A DNA stretch of 64,000 nt from Phoronis australis. Lineage: Eukaryota > Animalia > Phoronida. A program made the translations under genes and the position numbers. Each line of letters opens with the position of its first letter. The first letter of the stretch is position 1. The DNA lies in NCBI GenBank assembly GCA_002633005.1, contig NMRA01000380.1, positions 140,873 through 204,872 of the forward strand. Direction: 5' to 3'. This document shows positions 35,039 to 48,660 of this stretch, in pieces. The notes beneath the pieces were generated by a model. It was not told the DNA's origin and made no database searches. It was given only the letters and a program-made list of their open reading frames with translations.

Positions 35039-35749
35039 AAGGACTGCAAAGATTCAAAAAATTTGAAACGATTCGATTCATTTTTTTTCACGATTCGAAT
35101 TTTAGGATTCGATTAATCAAAAATTAAAATAAGTCATAAATCTCTTAACTCTATTCATGCATATCTGAACCTCCTTCCACCAATACAATAAACAGGGAGA
35201 GGAATACATGGTTACATCAGTGTCAGTGAGTCAAACATGACGAGCGTCGAAGAAAAATAAAAAGCGAATGAAGTCAACTATTTAAGTCAAAAATATGAGC
35301 TCCAGTGAGACCAGCCTTAACTTAAGGTTGCAGTCACGTTCCTTTTTGGAAATCATTTGCACTCCGAAAACCAAAATATTTCCAGACTTTTGAATTTGTT
35401 TTTTCGGCAAGTCAAAAATTTTGACGTCTGCCATGTTGTGGTGACGCCTGTGAAACACCGCCAATGATTGCACAAAATAAAATTCGTTTAGCAAATGAAA
35501 ACGGTCGTTTTGTTCCTCTCGAGGGACATAGACAACAGAGATCGTAACGCTGTCATGTAAATATGACAGCTTGTTCGCAAATAACAAGTGAGTGATTTCA
35601 ACAAAAAATCGAAAAACAGGTCTGTGATAGTTACTTTCATATGACAAGCAAATACAATAATCGAATCGTCATGGTCTACGAATCGGTACTCGAATCGTGG
35701 CCACAAAATCGCAATTACATTATCGAGTCGAAATCGTTGCAACTCCCAA
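35039..35749. mobile_element. Degenerate hAT-like MITE with CGATTC subterminal repeats
   Basis: Ends ggactgcaaagattc / aatcgttgcaactccc; multiple cgattc / gaatcg motifs near both ends; no clear TSD. Confidence 0.45.
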
Positions 35750-37137
35750 CTGTGGTGTGTTTGTGGCGTATCTTATTAGGATTAGCTACGATTAGATATC
35801 TAGTGCCATTTGTAGAATCAGCTGTTAGTCCAGTTGTGATCAAAACTTTTCCTTTTTAGACATATATAGTTATTGTCCAATCCACCACAAATGTGAATTA
35901 AACTCAGTTGCTGTAATTTCACAGGTGAGCTTTATCATCGGCCTCCACCATGTTTAGGTAGACACCAAAAACAATACGGAACATTGGTTGTCATTTTTAT
36001 CAAAGTGTTCCCGTTCCCTTGGAGGTCAGGTGGCTATTGAATGCAATGCATTTTAAGGTTGTTTTGTGTAGCCCACGTTACGGTGCATTGATTAGAAATA
36101 GTTCATTCATTTCAATCAGTCATTTATTCATCAACTCATCTGTGCAGATGTCCAGTTTGAAGCAGATAGCATAATTATTGTATCTGCATCTGCCATGTAC
36201 AGTGTGGTCTGTACCGCTGTTCTCAGTCACTGTATTCCAGATTCCAGTGTTCCCCAACTGGGGTCCTCTGTGGCTGGTTGCATGAAACATTCCCAAATAG
36301 GCAAATGCACCACAATTTTGTAGAAAGACTGTCATAGGCTACAAATACGCCACAGAGCGTAAATTTGATAAATCCTACTTTCATACATTGTGCATTAGAT
36401 TCGTAATAATAGGGGATCACTAAACCTGGGGTAATAAAGTGTGCCCTAAACCGACTGAATTTAGCCAGGATTTGCTGCGATATGAGTGAGGGTGAGTTGG
36501 GTTTCGGGCGCGGCTTTGATCCGGGAAGGCCCGGCCAGGAGCGTTGGGGGGCCCTGTAGCATGCGATGCTCGGGGTGGGAGCCACTGCAGGTCCTCCAGG
36601 TATGTTTGTGCCTGCACTGTTGGTAGTTAAGGCATAGCAGTGTCCGGTATGTGAGTGTGGTATGGTGTCAGTAGAGGTGCCTGCGTAATATGTACAGCAA
36701 CCACAACTCCGGCTCTATCGTCGACCAGGGTGTGACTGGGTTGCGAGCTTTGCGGGAGCGATACTGCTCATCATGAGGTATCCAACCTGTCCTCGTGTGC
36801 TGTGCCTCGAAGTCGATCGTCGTGCCTGCACTCCGGAGGGGGGGTGAGGTTCAATGAATATGGAGGTACAGTCCGGGAATGGCATCGGCCCATTTCTCAT
36901 TGGTTGTGACTACCTGTCTCCCCCATCCCCTCCCACTCCTCTACCAGGGTCACGGCCCCCACGCGGGTGGTGGTGTGGACAGGATTGTTCATCCATGAAT
37001 AACCCTGCCCATGAGGCACATACTGAGCCACAACACCACGTTCCTTACATTTTTATCACTCCGGCTGGTCTGCTCACTCGATCAGCTTTTGTCCGGAACC
37101 TGCTTTGCAGGTTGTTAAAGCCCAGTTGGCTGTTTGG

Positions 37138-37334
37138 TGTACCCACTTGGTACTTTATATGATATTTGCCCATTTGGCAATTTGTACCCAATTGGTACTT
37201 GTTATTGAATTTGCTGTTTTGCTCGACCCACTTGGTAGGCAATCGGCCAATACCCATTTGGTATTATGTACCCATTTGGTACTATGCTAACCTGTGCCAC
37301 TTGGTATCCGATACTCAATTACACCTTGGGTATC
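37138..37334. repeat. Irregular array of the quasi-palindromic motif (G)TACCCA(C/T/A)TTGGTA(C)
   Basis: About 7-8 copies with variable spacers. Confidence 0.65.
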
Positions 37335-38321
37335 GTAAATGTGTGTGTTATCGCTTGTGTTTAAGGAACCCATATAGTTCCTTCTGTGAAATATTTATTT
37401 GGAGAGCTGTGACCCCGAAAATCCCAATACAACTTAAGATATATATTGTTGTTGTTTTATTTGACCCCAATAATGACATTTTCTAATGATATAACTAAAA
37501 AGTGAGCTCAGAGTTAACATAATTAAAAACTGAGCCCAGAGTTCATTGAAAGTATATAGTGACTCAGTCCTTAAATTAGGGGTGTTGCATGAAAAGGTCC
37601 CTAATTGTCTAATTACTTTCGAAAATATTGACAATTCAATGTAGAGATCACTTTCGATTTGCATCAAAGTCAAAAGTTTACTTAGTAATGAAACTAAAAC
37701 AATGCAAGAAAGGGCAATCTATGTTTTGCACAAGTCTAAAAATACGCAGTAGATTTACGGAACTTAATTGTGTCCCTATTTGGGACTGTTTTATATTTGG
37801 TTTCAATGTGTTTGTTTAAAACTTGAACAGTGGTGTTTTAACCAATGTTAAATGTGTAAGTCATTAATATTTTTAACCACTCATCTCCATGAGTACAAAC
37901 GTATTTTGCAGCTTGGAAGTGATCTTTGCTTTGTGTTTAACTACATGTATTTCCTACTTCATGCTTGTAAAAGAACACCAGTGGTCTTCAAGCTACAGTC
38001 AGTTCCATGAATCAACTTTAGGGGATCAATATTAAGTGCATGTCATAGATCTGTAGCAGCAAGTCTCTACCTTTTTGAAGGTCAATGTGTCATATTCACT
38101 GATGATAAAGGATTTTTAACGTTAAGTGTATGTATTCAATAGCCTACAGTGGAAATTGGTGGTAAAAAACCCAGTTGCATGTCCATCGTAACTCCAGAAT
38201 TTAGTTCTTAGTTTCTGCAGCTCATTCTATGTTTACATACTAAAGTCCACTGCCAGTCTTCTCTGCAACAATATATTTAAATGTCCCATAACTGTATATT
38301 TTCGGCACTATGGACTGTACC

Positions 38322-38340
38322 CTCTCTCTCTCTCTCGCTC

Positions 38341-38378
<38 letters not shown>

Positions 38379-38545
38379 NNNNNNNNNNNNNNNNNNNNNN
38401 NNNNNNNNNNNNNNNNNNNNNNNNNNNNNNNNNNNNNNNNNNNNNNNNNNNNNNNNNNNNNNNNNNNNNNNNNNNNNNNNNNNNNNNNNNNNNNNNNNNN
38501 NNNNNNNNNNNNNNNNNNNNNNNNNNNNNNNNNNNNNNNNNNNNN
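38322..38545. repeat. (CT)n microsatellite running into an assembly gap (N 38379-38545)
   Basis: Direct. Confidence 0.95.
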
Positions 38546-39209
38546 CGGTGTACATAAGCACAATGCCTGTTTGTTGACGTACCCATCGATCTCTTGCAGT
38601 AATTGATTATGTGGTGTAGTAAACGTGATTAAATCCTCACAAATTCTCAACTGCTTTCAATGTTAAAACTCTTTTTCAACCCACAGGCAGAGTTTTTGCA
38701 AGAAAGCGCCGGCCATTTTCTATGAGACCCTAAAGTCGTGACGGTGTCGCCCTCTTTCTTGTAGACGGGAAAACAGAAGAAGGCTAATCAAAATTTGTGA
38801 TATTTGTAAACAACAAGTTTAGATAAGAAAGAAGACATTTCTCAGTTGTTAATTATCCAGTTTTAATTAGACCATGAAGTAAAATGAAGTAACCAGCAAT
38901 AAACTACCTTTTGGCCTATCTGTTTTAATAAATAAATAGCTCACTAGATATTTAATAAACAAAATATGAAATGTTTTAAGTGAGATTTAAATTTAAAACT
39001 ACAACAATCATTAAACTGATTAAGTTTCAACATCTTAAAGACAGCCGATCCTAGTTATCACTCGTTACTCTTGGAGATGGCTTTGACGGCATGGCACGCT
39101 ATGCCAGGGGCAGCAAAAATCTGTCGTGTCGCCTTAGTGCTGTCACATCACAGCAAAACATTAAATGAGTCCTTGGCTAAAGTCTTGGAATTCCCATTTT
39201 CCCTAATTA

Positions 39210-39345
39210 TCGATATCACTAAAGACGCGCATTGGCGTAGTTGCTGTGGTGACCAATTGTTACAGACCCAGCAACTGTCCTCATACCCTGCATCCGAGTC
39301 CTCACCGCTGTCACTTTCGAACTGTGAAGCGTGTAATGACTGTAA
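39210..39345 (-). pseudogene. C-terminal piece of the pogo-type transposase (acidic tract and start of a PHD-like finger), separated from the rest by Kolobok copy 3
   Basis: LQSLHASQFESDSGEDSDAGYEDSCWVCNNWSPQQLRQCASLVI; continues QSPPG from beyond 41023 once the insert is removed. Confidence 0.65.
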
Positions 39346-41019
39346 AATAGAATGCCACCCGATTTGATTAGTTTTTTTTTTTTTGCCCTCCTAATCGATC
39401 TATATCCACATCGCCTCGCATACGGTCGACCTTACCTTGCCAAGAGGTGTCGCGTTAACCTGTGAGGAAGATGAGAAACGACGCTAGCGACGTCAGTGGT
39501 TCATATGCAGAGTGAATTCCGCTATGTTGCGGTGCATCGTTCTCTCTTGTTCGAACTAAGCAGCTGCGAGGGAAGCGGGTATATCGTTTTTTTTTTTACT
39601 TCCTCGAGAGTCCGAAGTGCTTAGGAAGTGGCTCATGATAGTGAAGAATGAAATGTACGCTGTAAATAGCAAGTATGAGGCCGTGAAACATCTCCGTGTC
39701 TGTGGCCTGCAGACGTCGACAGTGCCTGACGTATGCTGGCTTACCAAATAACTCCATACGTTCCGTTGTCTGAGCTTGTTCACGGCGCCTCTCTAGTATT
39801 CCTTCATCACTGTATTCTTGTTCGAATTGATAGCCTGTAAAACTTAACGATCCACCTGCGAAGTCGGGACTGATGAGCTCTAGCTCATCCTAAGTCGGGA
39901 ATGCGAGTTGCCATGTTGGCGTTTATTACTGAGCGTTCTGTTTCAAACTGAATTATTCTCACCCTAACCAATACTTATGTAAAACTGAAACAAAGTCTGT
40001 CTCATTAGATGCAAATTGTAATACCTTTGGAGTGTTCGTGAGTGCAAATGATTTGAGAAGCCAGCAACTAAATAAACCACTGCGTTACCGGCTTTAGGTG
40101 AAATAAAACTAATTCACGGGACATCTAGGCCGTGTGAGCTCATGCTACTTTAGTGTTTGCTGGCAGAAACTGTTGTGAAACAACTCGATCTCCATCCCAC
40201 GGCCAGGTGTTAGGGGCATCTTTATCTACTTTTACATTCCTCAAATAATGATTGTCAATGTACCACTTCTGCCCTGACCTTGCTGTGGCCAAAGCGGAAC
40301 CTGAATTTGCGGCCCCCGACGAGTAAGTATATTTGCAGTTTCGTGGCTAATTCACCAACATAATCAGGTGCACATTACTTTGGCTCACTTGCAAAGTATT
40401 TTCTTGACTGGAAGTTTAGTTTCCACTGAACTTTGGCTAATTTATGTTCGTGGTGTCCGATCAGTTTCCGAGCCACTGGCGGGGATAACGAGTCAATCCG
40501 GCCGGCCGCGACGGGCCTGATCGGGCTCCGAGCCACTGGCCAGGCTAACAAGCGTTTTGTGTTTAGAAAAAATCAAAAGTCTAAACAACACATATCTCCT
40601 GTCTGTATCTCACGGAAAATACTTCGAAATTATCTCCGAACAGACCCCAAACTCCTGCTACGGACCTTATTGGCCTGCCGAACTTTGTAGGCTACGGTAT
40701 GTCCAAATACCAATAAATCCGTAAGAACGGAATAAAACAACACGTTTTTATGAAAACTCGGTGTATTTTTAAGGGTTTTACATCGAAGTTTGATGATTTA
40801 TTGGTGTTAAGCGATGACTTCAAGCGATAAGCTGACACCAGTAACCCGTGTTGTGAACTGCTGAACAGACTGCGTGTGAAACCGATGACGTCATTGGATA
40901 ATTTCAACACTTCCGTCTGCCGTCACGTGTCAGGTAACGCAACCGTACGTGTCGTTATGGAGTTGAACCACTCGATCTAAATTGATGCAAATTAGGTTGT
41001 TTTTGGGTGGCATGCTCCT
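39346..41019 (+). mobile_element. Non-autonomous Kolobok-type transposon, copy 3
   Basis: Left gtaa|aatagaatgccaccc (degenerate), right gggtggcatgctcct|ttaa; aligns end to end with inverted copy 1; THAP remnant at ~39523-39720. Confidence 0.88.
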
Positions 41020-41023
41020 TTAA

Positions 41024-41790
41024 TCCTGGTGGACTTTGTTCATTATCATTTCGTGGTTTCTCAACTTGAATTTTGTTGCTGTTATCCTCTCCACACGCCT
41101 TTGTAATCACCTTTGATTTTTATCACCTGTTTCTTTTTCGTCACTTGTGCATTTTTGTCACATATGACGTCTTTATCACCTGTGCTTTTGTTGAGTTCTT
41201 TTTTTTTCAGCATTTCTACATTCTCTGTCAGCCCCTTACAAAACAAACTTGGAGAACTGTTTGAACGGACTTGGTCACTTGGCAATGGCGTCGTCGCTCC
41301 TGTACACCCCTTCAACCGTTTACTGAAAAAATCATTTTCATCCTCATTTCCATCAGTAGTCGTCAAGAATGATGTGTATGGGGTGATCCTTTCATGGGGC
41401 ACAACGGTGTTGTCAAACGGGTATATTCCGGACTTCCGGGAAGCCGAATGATTTCAAGGAGACAGCACTTTCACGTAGGCTTTGCTTGCCATGGAACACA
41501 GATCAAAGCGTGTAATTCCAGCCCTTGTACCTTTCATCGTTTTGTGGCACAAATTGCTATACACTGCTTCCAGTGGTCCATAACACTCAACATCAAGTGG
41601 TTGTAGTATGTGTGATGTGTGAGCTGGCAGAGTTAGAATTGCAATGTTGTGGTTCTTCGCCCATTCTACTACAGTTATGGCCGTGTGTGAATTTTGGCCA
41701 TCAAGTAACAATAGGACTGGCTCCTGCAATAACGCGCACCTGTGCTTGATTTTGCTGCCCGGACACAGGCCGGCGAAGTAATGCCCTTGC
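41024..41790 (-). pseudogene. pogo-superfamily (DDE_1, DD35D) transposase pseudogene, 5'-truncated
   Basis: PVLLLLDGQNSH...WAKNHNIAILTLPAHTSHILQPLD (35 residues between the two Asp), in-frame stop, then KSGIYPFD and a Lys-rich tail. Confidence 0.85.
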
Positions 41791-44700
41791 AGTTGCCGTG
41801 ATTCTTCGCCTGGAAAATAATCACTTGCTAAATTGGCTTTGATTTTCATTTTATAGGGAAAATACATGTATATTTTAAAAGGTAATATATAACTCTGTTG
41901 TCTAAATATAAAATTCGGCACGGTAAACGGAGGGAGTGTAGTGAGTTTTAGTCAATGAGATGAATATCAGCGATGGTAAAATATTGCAATGTTAGGAGCA
42001 TGACGCAGTATTTTTATCTCTTTGTCACAAGAATTTCACTCATTCAATGCCCAGGTAGCTAATTAATGTTTTTATCTTGCCCCGCGGAGCACAGATGTCA
42101 GCGCACGACAAGCCAGGCGGTCCGCCGGCTCCGCCGGGTAGCAGCTTATACGAATGTTTTTGGCTAAGTGGGAATTATTCCTTTTAACTTAAACTCATTA
42201 ATACTTATATTATACCATTTGGCACCATGGCAAGTTTTCGCCACTAAATGGTATTCTGTTGTTCATTGTTATTTGTTGGCAGTCAGCCGCGCGGCCCTAT
42301 CGAAGTCGCGGGAGACCACCGCCGGTATCTCAGTTTCCGTCTGAATTTATTTTCTATATTTTTGCAAGTTTAATACTCAGAATATTCTGACTATATAACA
42401 GTTTTATTCAATTATTTTGTTCGTTGTTTTGTTTATACTGTTTGTTTACCAGAGTTAAATACACCCAGTAAAACACACTTAGCCTTGCTCGCCGTTGTAG
42501 TCGGCCTTGTCATTCAATCGTTGGCACAGGACTGTCTACTCAGTACTTACACTGTACATGTACATGCAAGTTTCTGAAACTATCTTTGTATGTATGTATA
42601 CGGCATTTATGATTTGAGCCATTTATTCCGATAAAACAGCCGGGGATAGCATGCCTTCGTCTTCCGGCTTGTCAAAATTTATTTTGCCACATTTTGTCAG
42701 CAATTTCAGTACAAATTGTCCCTGTTTTGGTTTTATTAAAGTTCAGGTCCGCTGTCGATTGTTTTATCCCCGTTTGCAGGCTGGTAACAAACACTGCTCC
42801 AGTCGCACAGCCGGTGTTCATAAGCCTGGGTCCCTGAATGAATTGTAGTTCCGGTTTCGCGGTTAAATCAAATGGGGTTCTGTTCTTCGGGTCGGAATCG
42901 TGAGTGGCGCGATTATTTAAACTTTCTTGGACTACGGATTGTGTATTGGTTATAGGATAGGTACTGCATGGTTCATTATAACTTCTTCTAGCCATTTGAT
43001 AAGGGCTAAAAGGTGTGCTACTAGGACTTTAAAGGTAAAATATTCAACTGTGCCCCAATTTTCACAATCAATTTCCCCTCTCAGAGAACATCCTGAATTG
43101 TTTATCTGCCATTCTGCTTAAGAAAGTGCCTCCTACAATTACGCCTCTGAGCTCGCTTTTACTAGTGATTGTATGGAAGAGAATGAACGAGATCGTGGAC
43201 ATAATGCTAAAACAATTCTGGAGCTGTGGTCATATTAGTCAATTAAAACAAACTCCTACATTCAATTAATGTACCTAAATAAAAGTGTAGCGTGATTTTT
43301 TTATTTTTGATGTGGCGTCATTTTGTACGATAGCCAGGAAAGGTCATTTTACGCTTATTACTTCAATAGGGTACTTTCACAAACTAATCCGCGACGTGGC
43401 GCTGCGACCAGGCCATAATGGTCGTTCTCTAGTCATGACTCACCGACTGACATATCCCTATGCCGATCGTGGCCGCTCGAACAGCTGAACGGTAAACTAG
43501 TGTTTTGTTGCAAGTCCAAGCATTTCTAAATACCTTTGACACCTTATACGTTTTGTACAATAATTAAAATGCAATTTTTGCAAGAAATCTCAGTCCGTTT
43601 GCTGTAGTGATAGAACTCTAGGCCTGGAATGCCGCTGAGGTTGTGCCGCGCATGAGTGGCATTTGCTTGCATTTGTTTGTTCCGAAGTTGGTTATTGGTG
43701 TGGAATTGACTGTAACTAAAATTTTTCTCAACTCTGCTGTTTTGTAACGAAATGAACAAGAGTCATGTCACTAGAAAGCCCTTCATCAGTTATTGATGGT
43801 GTGTGATTAGAACACAAGGAAAAGCATAATAATTATCATTTCGCATACCTGACAAGTAAAATGGAAATGAACCAGAGAGGTTATAAAATGACTAATTAAA
43901 CCAGCAAGGAACCTATCGTTTATCTATGAAATGTTCTGTGGATATATCAGGTTTGCAGTGTAAGGCTTTACACTGTAGTTTATGAAGAAACTCATTTTTA
44001 CAGAAAGTAAAATAAACTAATCCTGATACGTGCAGTGTGTTATCAGTAAACAAGAGACTTTGGAACACATGTTTACGATTGGTGTGTTATTTGAAAAGTG
44101 GACTGTGGAAAATATCAATGTTCATGACAAAGTTATTTTGAACACCTGTTACATAGTTATCCACATTCGACAACGAAAAACACGACAAGTGGATTGAAAA
44201 GCGGGACTTCCGAAAAAAGGGGGACATCTGGGGCGAAATGTTCGCCAAAACACGTAAAAACGTCCCGACAGCATTTTAGTTGAACAGTAGACATAACGCC
44301 CAAAAGCGCCCGACGGCGTTTTTTAAGTCAAATGTGATATTGCGGGTGTCTCAAAAATCCAGGAAACGCCCGGTTTTTTTCTTTTTAGTAGAACGGGGAA
44401 TATGGATACGGATATGGATATGACGCGAGGAAAATTACAATAGTTTCTCACATCACCTGGAATGTGTTACGACTAGTTAATAACACCGAGTACGTAATTT
44501 TTTTGATATTTCATGGGCGAATCACAAAGTAGTTCACAGTAGATGCCTTGCATTTTATCGTCTGCAAAACACTACAACACTCAAAATGCGCGCCAACCTA
44601 ACAATCCCGGAGTAAGGTGGCATGGTTATGATTGACAAATCGGGTGTCGCAGTTGTACGTACTCCCAGTCGGAAGGACATGCAAACATCTTCTTCAACGG

Positions 44701-46039
44701 ACACATCTTCGGCGCCGAATTCCATATCCGAGTCCATTCAAATGGAGACGAGCCCCAACTCAAGAAACTGTACTGTCTCAAGATCAATTCAGTGCTCACG
44801 CGCGGGGAAGCCTAGCTGACTGTTTATAATTATTTTTAAAGTTTTAATTACAAATTTAAAGACTATTTATTAGAACTTGTTTATTAAAGATGATAAATAG
44901 CTATATATGTAAAAAATATTCAAAACGTTTTCCCAAAGCCAAAAAAATATTATCGAGTATTTAGGCGTGAGGGCTTCAATTCCCCTCATCTATGGTACGC
45001 AGTGTAAAAGCATTGAAAATGTCTTGTGTGCGTGTGCGTGTGCGTACATGTATGTGTGCGTGCGTCACAAGATTTACATGAAAACAAAACAGGTGGCTTG
45101 GTTTGACGATTACTTTACTGCTACCAACATTCAATATAACATCAAAGTGCATATGATACATTGACCATCTGTAGAACTGAGCCTACGCAGCTTGTTACGA
45201 AGATTTTTACCTACAACAATTATTAATAGATAAATACTCATTCACAAAATCACAATCGTGATGTTCTTAAACTGGGCATAAAAATGAGCTATTATTGTGT
45301 CAAAAACACATTTCTTGGCAGACGTGTTTGGTCTTCCATTCATATACTTAGTTTTAGTTACTATGATGTGCACGGCCTTAACTAACTGGCCAGGATGAAA
45401 AATTTTACAGACCTGGTTGGAAGCTCAGAAAAACGTAGTGTCAGTTTCGTTAAGCCTAGAAACCTTTTATGGTCTTGATAAGGAACAAAGTGAGATCGTT
45501 TTGGCATCTGGGTGTGGCTTAAAGCAAAAGTTGTTTTTGGAAAAGTGTACATGTTTACTTCACCTTTTAAACATTTTTTACGACAGAGATATTTACGAAA
45601 CATGTAATTACGCAAGCTTTCAAATACAAAACACGCAATAAGTGTTCTTTCACAGAAACGCAACTTCAATTAAAACAACCTGTAGTCAATAAAGTGTGCC
45701 CTCAAGTAGCTTAAACGTCGGAAAACACATTAACGTTCGTCACACGTACGCACTAACCAGTTTACAATAAAATTGTTTTGATTGCATGATAGTTCGTCCA
45801 ATAATTGTTTTCCGCCTACGACCAAGGCAAAATCATTATCTCCTTGTTAGAGAACTTCGCATGGTTTAATTGGCCTCCACGTAGAAAATCAGCAAGGGGT
45901 ATAAGCCTCCAACAGATCTCCACTGTGCAGTAGCTTCGCAACATTACGTCAACGCTGGGGAAGTGCGACGTAAATATCTCTTGCTTATTACCTCGCTAAA
46001 GATCCTTGTAAAACAATTTTACCACAAGTATCAGTCTAG

Positions 46040-46249
46040 AGGCCGTTCCAAGAAACTGACTTAAGCTCATTTTCTGAGTAAGATGTGTCTGAACTTCCAA
46101 ACATTGAAACTTCTACATCCGGTCAAACATTCTCAAATCAAACTTTAGATACCCTTTCGAAATGGACTTGAGACAAATTTGTTATATGGCAAAATTGACT
46201 GAAATGTACTATTTGTCTTAACTAAGTCAGTTTTCTGGGAACGGGCCCC
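46040..46249. mobile_element. Harbinger-like MITE; related copy at 61687-61938
   Basis: TIR ggccgttccaagaaactgactta / taagtcagttttctgggaacgggcc. Confidence 0.6.
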
Positions 46250-47074
46250 ATGTACATCCTCTCAACAATCTTAAAAATGCCGCAATTTTATAGCTTGCAG
46301 GGAGAAAGCAGAACCCCGGCAAGGGAACGCACCTGATTTCGAGTGTTTGGTAAATCCCAACGCCTAACGAGTGGTTCACTCCGGTAGCCTTTTGGTTAGT
46401 TCTCAAAATTGTCAGAATCTGTCCATTCAAAGCGACCATAAACTCTTAAGTAGTGAACTTCTGGTCTAAACATTATCGTTGATCCGGAGAAATGATTTCT
46501 GGGTATTCAAAGAACTGACTGTTTATCATCAAGGAAAAATGAACTGATTGCCGAACTACTGAAATCATCTCAAATTTCACTAGTGAACTATTTGATACCA
46601 GTTTCGTAAGTGTAAGCGGTCTAATTCAAAATCCATTGCTGTGACGGGAAGCTGTTTTATAGTCTTTTACTATTATACTACTTGGACAACGCTCCATCGG
46701 TTAATATTTCGGAGTTAATAATTTTCTCTACATTGACCTCTAGTACCTTCTCATTGACCACCGTTTTTATTATTGTTGAAGATTTTTTTGAAATAATGCA
46801 CAGCTCATCGTGATTCGATCCCAGTAATTTAGTCTTTGCAAGACACATCTGGGCTACCCCCACGTCAAAGAAATGCAGTAAGCCGATTCTGACGTCAGTC
46901 AGTCCCCAAATACATTGTGGAGATTTTTAAACAATTTCCGGGAGATGCTCGGAATGGACAAAGGAGTAATCGAAAACATTTTGGGACAATATATCATGTT
47001 ATGGGATAATACAACAGTGGTTTATAATGCAAAAAATCGACAAACGCAGCTTGGTTAAATCGATGATATTCAGA

Positions 47075-47223
47075 GCCCAGTTGCATAAAGTTACACGATG
47101 TATAGCAACAATGACGTCGCATTTTCACGCGCCACGTTGTCATTGTTGAACAATGCACCTGACGTCATCCAACAATCAAACTTATCCAGCAGATAACTGT
47201 GAAGTTTTATGCAACCTAGCCCA
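47075..47223. mobile_element. Short Harbinger-like MITE
   Basis: TIR gcccagttgcataaagttacac / gtgaagttttatgcaacctagc. Confidence 0.5.
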
Positions 47224-47399
47224 AATGTTTAGTGATGACGTATCTACCACTAATATGACGCAAGACCCAGAAATAGGAATAGAAAAGCACAGTCACACAT
47301 TTTCAAATTTTTTGTAGGTTTTGGACTTTTTTCCGATACAGGTAACTACGGGGACAATTTAGCACTTGAAATGTTTACAAAGTTTTGTGCTTGCATTAA

Positions 47400-48211
47400 T
47401 CGGTGTGCTCCGACAACGTTGCATCCATCAGTATGCTGCCAAAATCTAGCACATTATTTGACAATATTTCTACCAAACTCATGAAATTGATAACTCCGGT
47501 CTTTATAAAACTACTCTCTACCATCGTCAATCAATGTTTTGACACAGAATGTTCTCCATCTGCTTTGAAAATTGACAAGGTTGTGCCTATGACTTAGATG
47601 AGCATAATATTAACAATTACATTCCTCTCTACTGCCTGCTTTTTTCAAAATAATTGAAAAATTGCCCGTGGCCGGCTTTATGACTATCTTAAAACAAACA
47701 ATCTGATCTTATATGAACATTCAGAAAGTACGATCAACTAAATTTTCAACACTCGATCTAGTTGACATAATTAACGGACATTTGGTCAAGGGGATAAACT
47801 CAACAACCTTAGTTTTAGACCTTTCAAAAGCCTTTGACACAATAGACTACAAAATCTTGCTTCGTAAACTTTCAGTTTACAGTATATCAGGAGTCGAGAA
47901 TTTGCTCTTAAAAATTAATTAGCCATTCGACAGCAATATAATTGATTTTACAATTCACCCTCCCAAAAATTAACTATAACCACAAGTGTACCGCAAGGGT
48001 CTATTCTTGGTCCCCTCTTTTTTCTCAAATCCACTTCTCTTGAGAACCTTATATATGCTGATGATACCTGCCTTATATACACACCTTGGGCTAAAAAAAA
48101 ACAAGAAACAAAGAAACTGAAATCACAAATTGTCATTAAATGTCCCTTAGAAAAACTTAGCTCAAAATTTAACATCTAAGCTTACTATAAACAGTCGAAA
48201 CTTAACTTTTG
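47400..48211 (+). pseudogene. Non-LTR retrotransposon reverse transcriptase pseudogene (CR1/L2/Crack-group-like)
   Basis: PKSS..DNIS.K, LKIDKVVP, VLDLSKAFDTID..ILL.KL, VPQGSILGPL, YADDT in order with frameshifts. Confidence 0.88.
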
Positions 48212-48215
48212 TTAA

Positions 48216-48660
48216 CGGAGAATGCCACCCAAAAATAACCTATTTATATCAATTTAGATAGAGTAGTTTCACTCGATAACAACAAATTCATTTCTTTTAC
48301 CTGACACCTGACGGCAGACGGAGGTGTTGAAATTAACCAATGACGTTGCAAGCTCGAACGCAGACTGTTCATCAGTTCACAACACGCTTACTGGTGTCAA
48401 CTTATCGTTTGAAGTCATCGTTTTACACCAATAAATCATCAAAATTCGATGTAAAACCCTTACAAACACATCGATTTCTTGAACAGTCAAACGTGCTATT
48501 TTATTTCGCTGTTCCGGATTTACAGGTATTTGAAAGTACCGTAGCCTAGGCTACCAAGGTCGGTCGCGGAAGTTTGGAGTTCATTGATAAATTCGAATTA
48601 TTCTCCCGTGAAATACATACAGGAGAACATAGCTGTGTGCTGTAATTTTAGACTTGTGAT
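48216..48660 (-). mobile_element. Kolobok-type transposon copy 4, truncated (one end only); same insertion site as copy 5 in the duplicated block
   Basis: ttaa|cggagaatgccaccc, then near-identity to 50820-51259; remainder deleted. Confidence 0.85.

Noticed and set aside
38240-38650. ORFs with ER/SL dipeptide runs (also 55044..55289)
   Set aside because: Artefacts of (CT)n microsatellites and N gaps
42672-42995. 107-aa ORF (and 44555..44829 ORFs) as exons of a second gene
   Set aside because: No recognisable domain and no consistent splice-phase chain could be built
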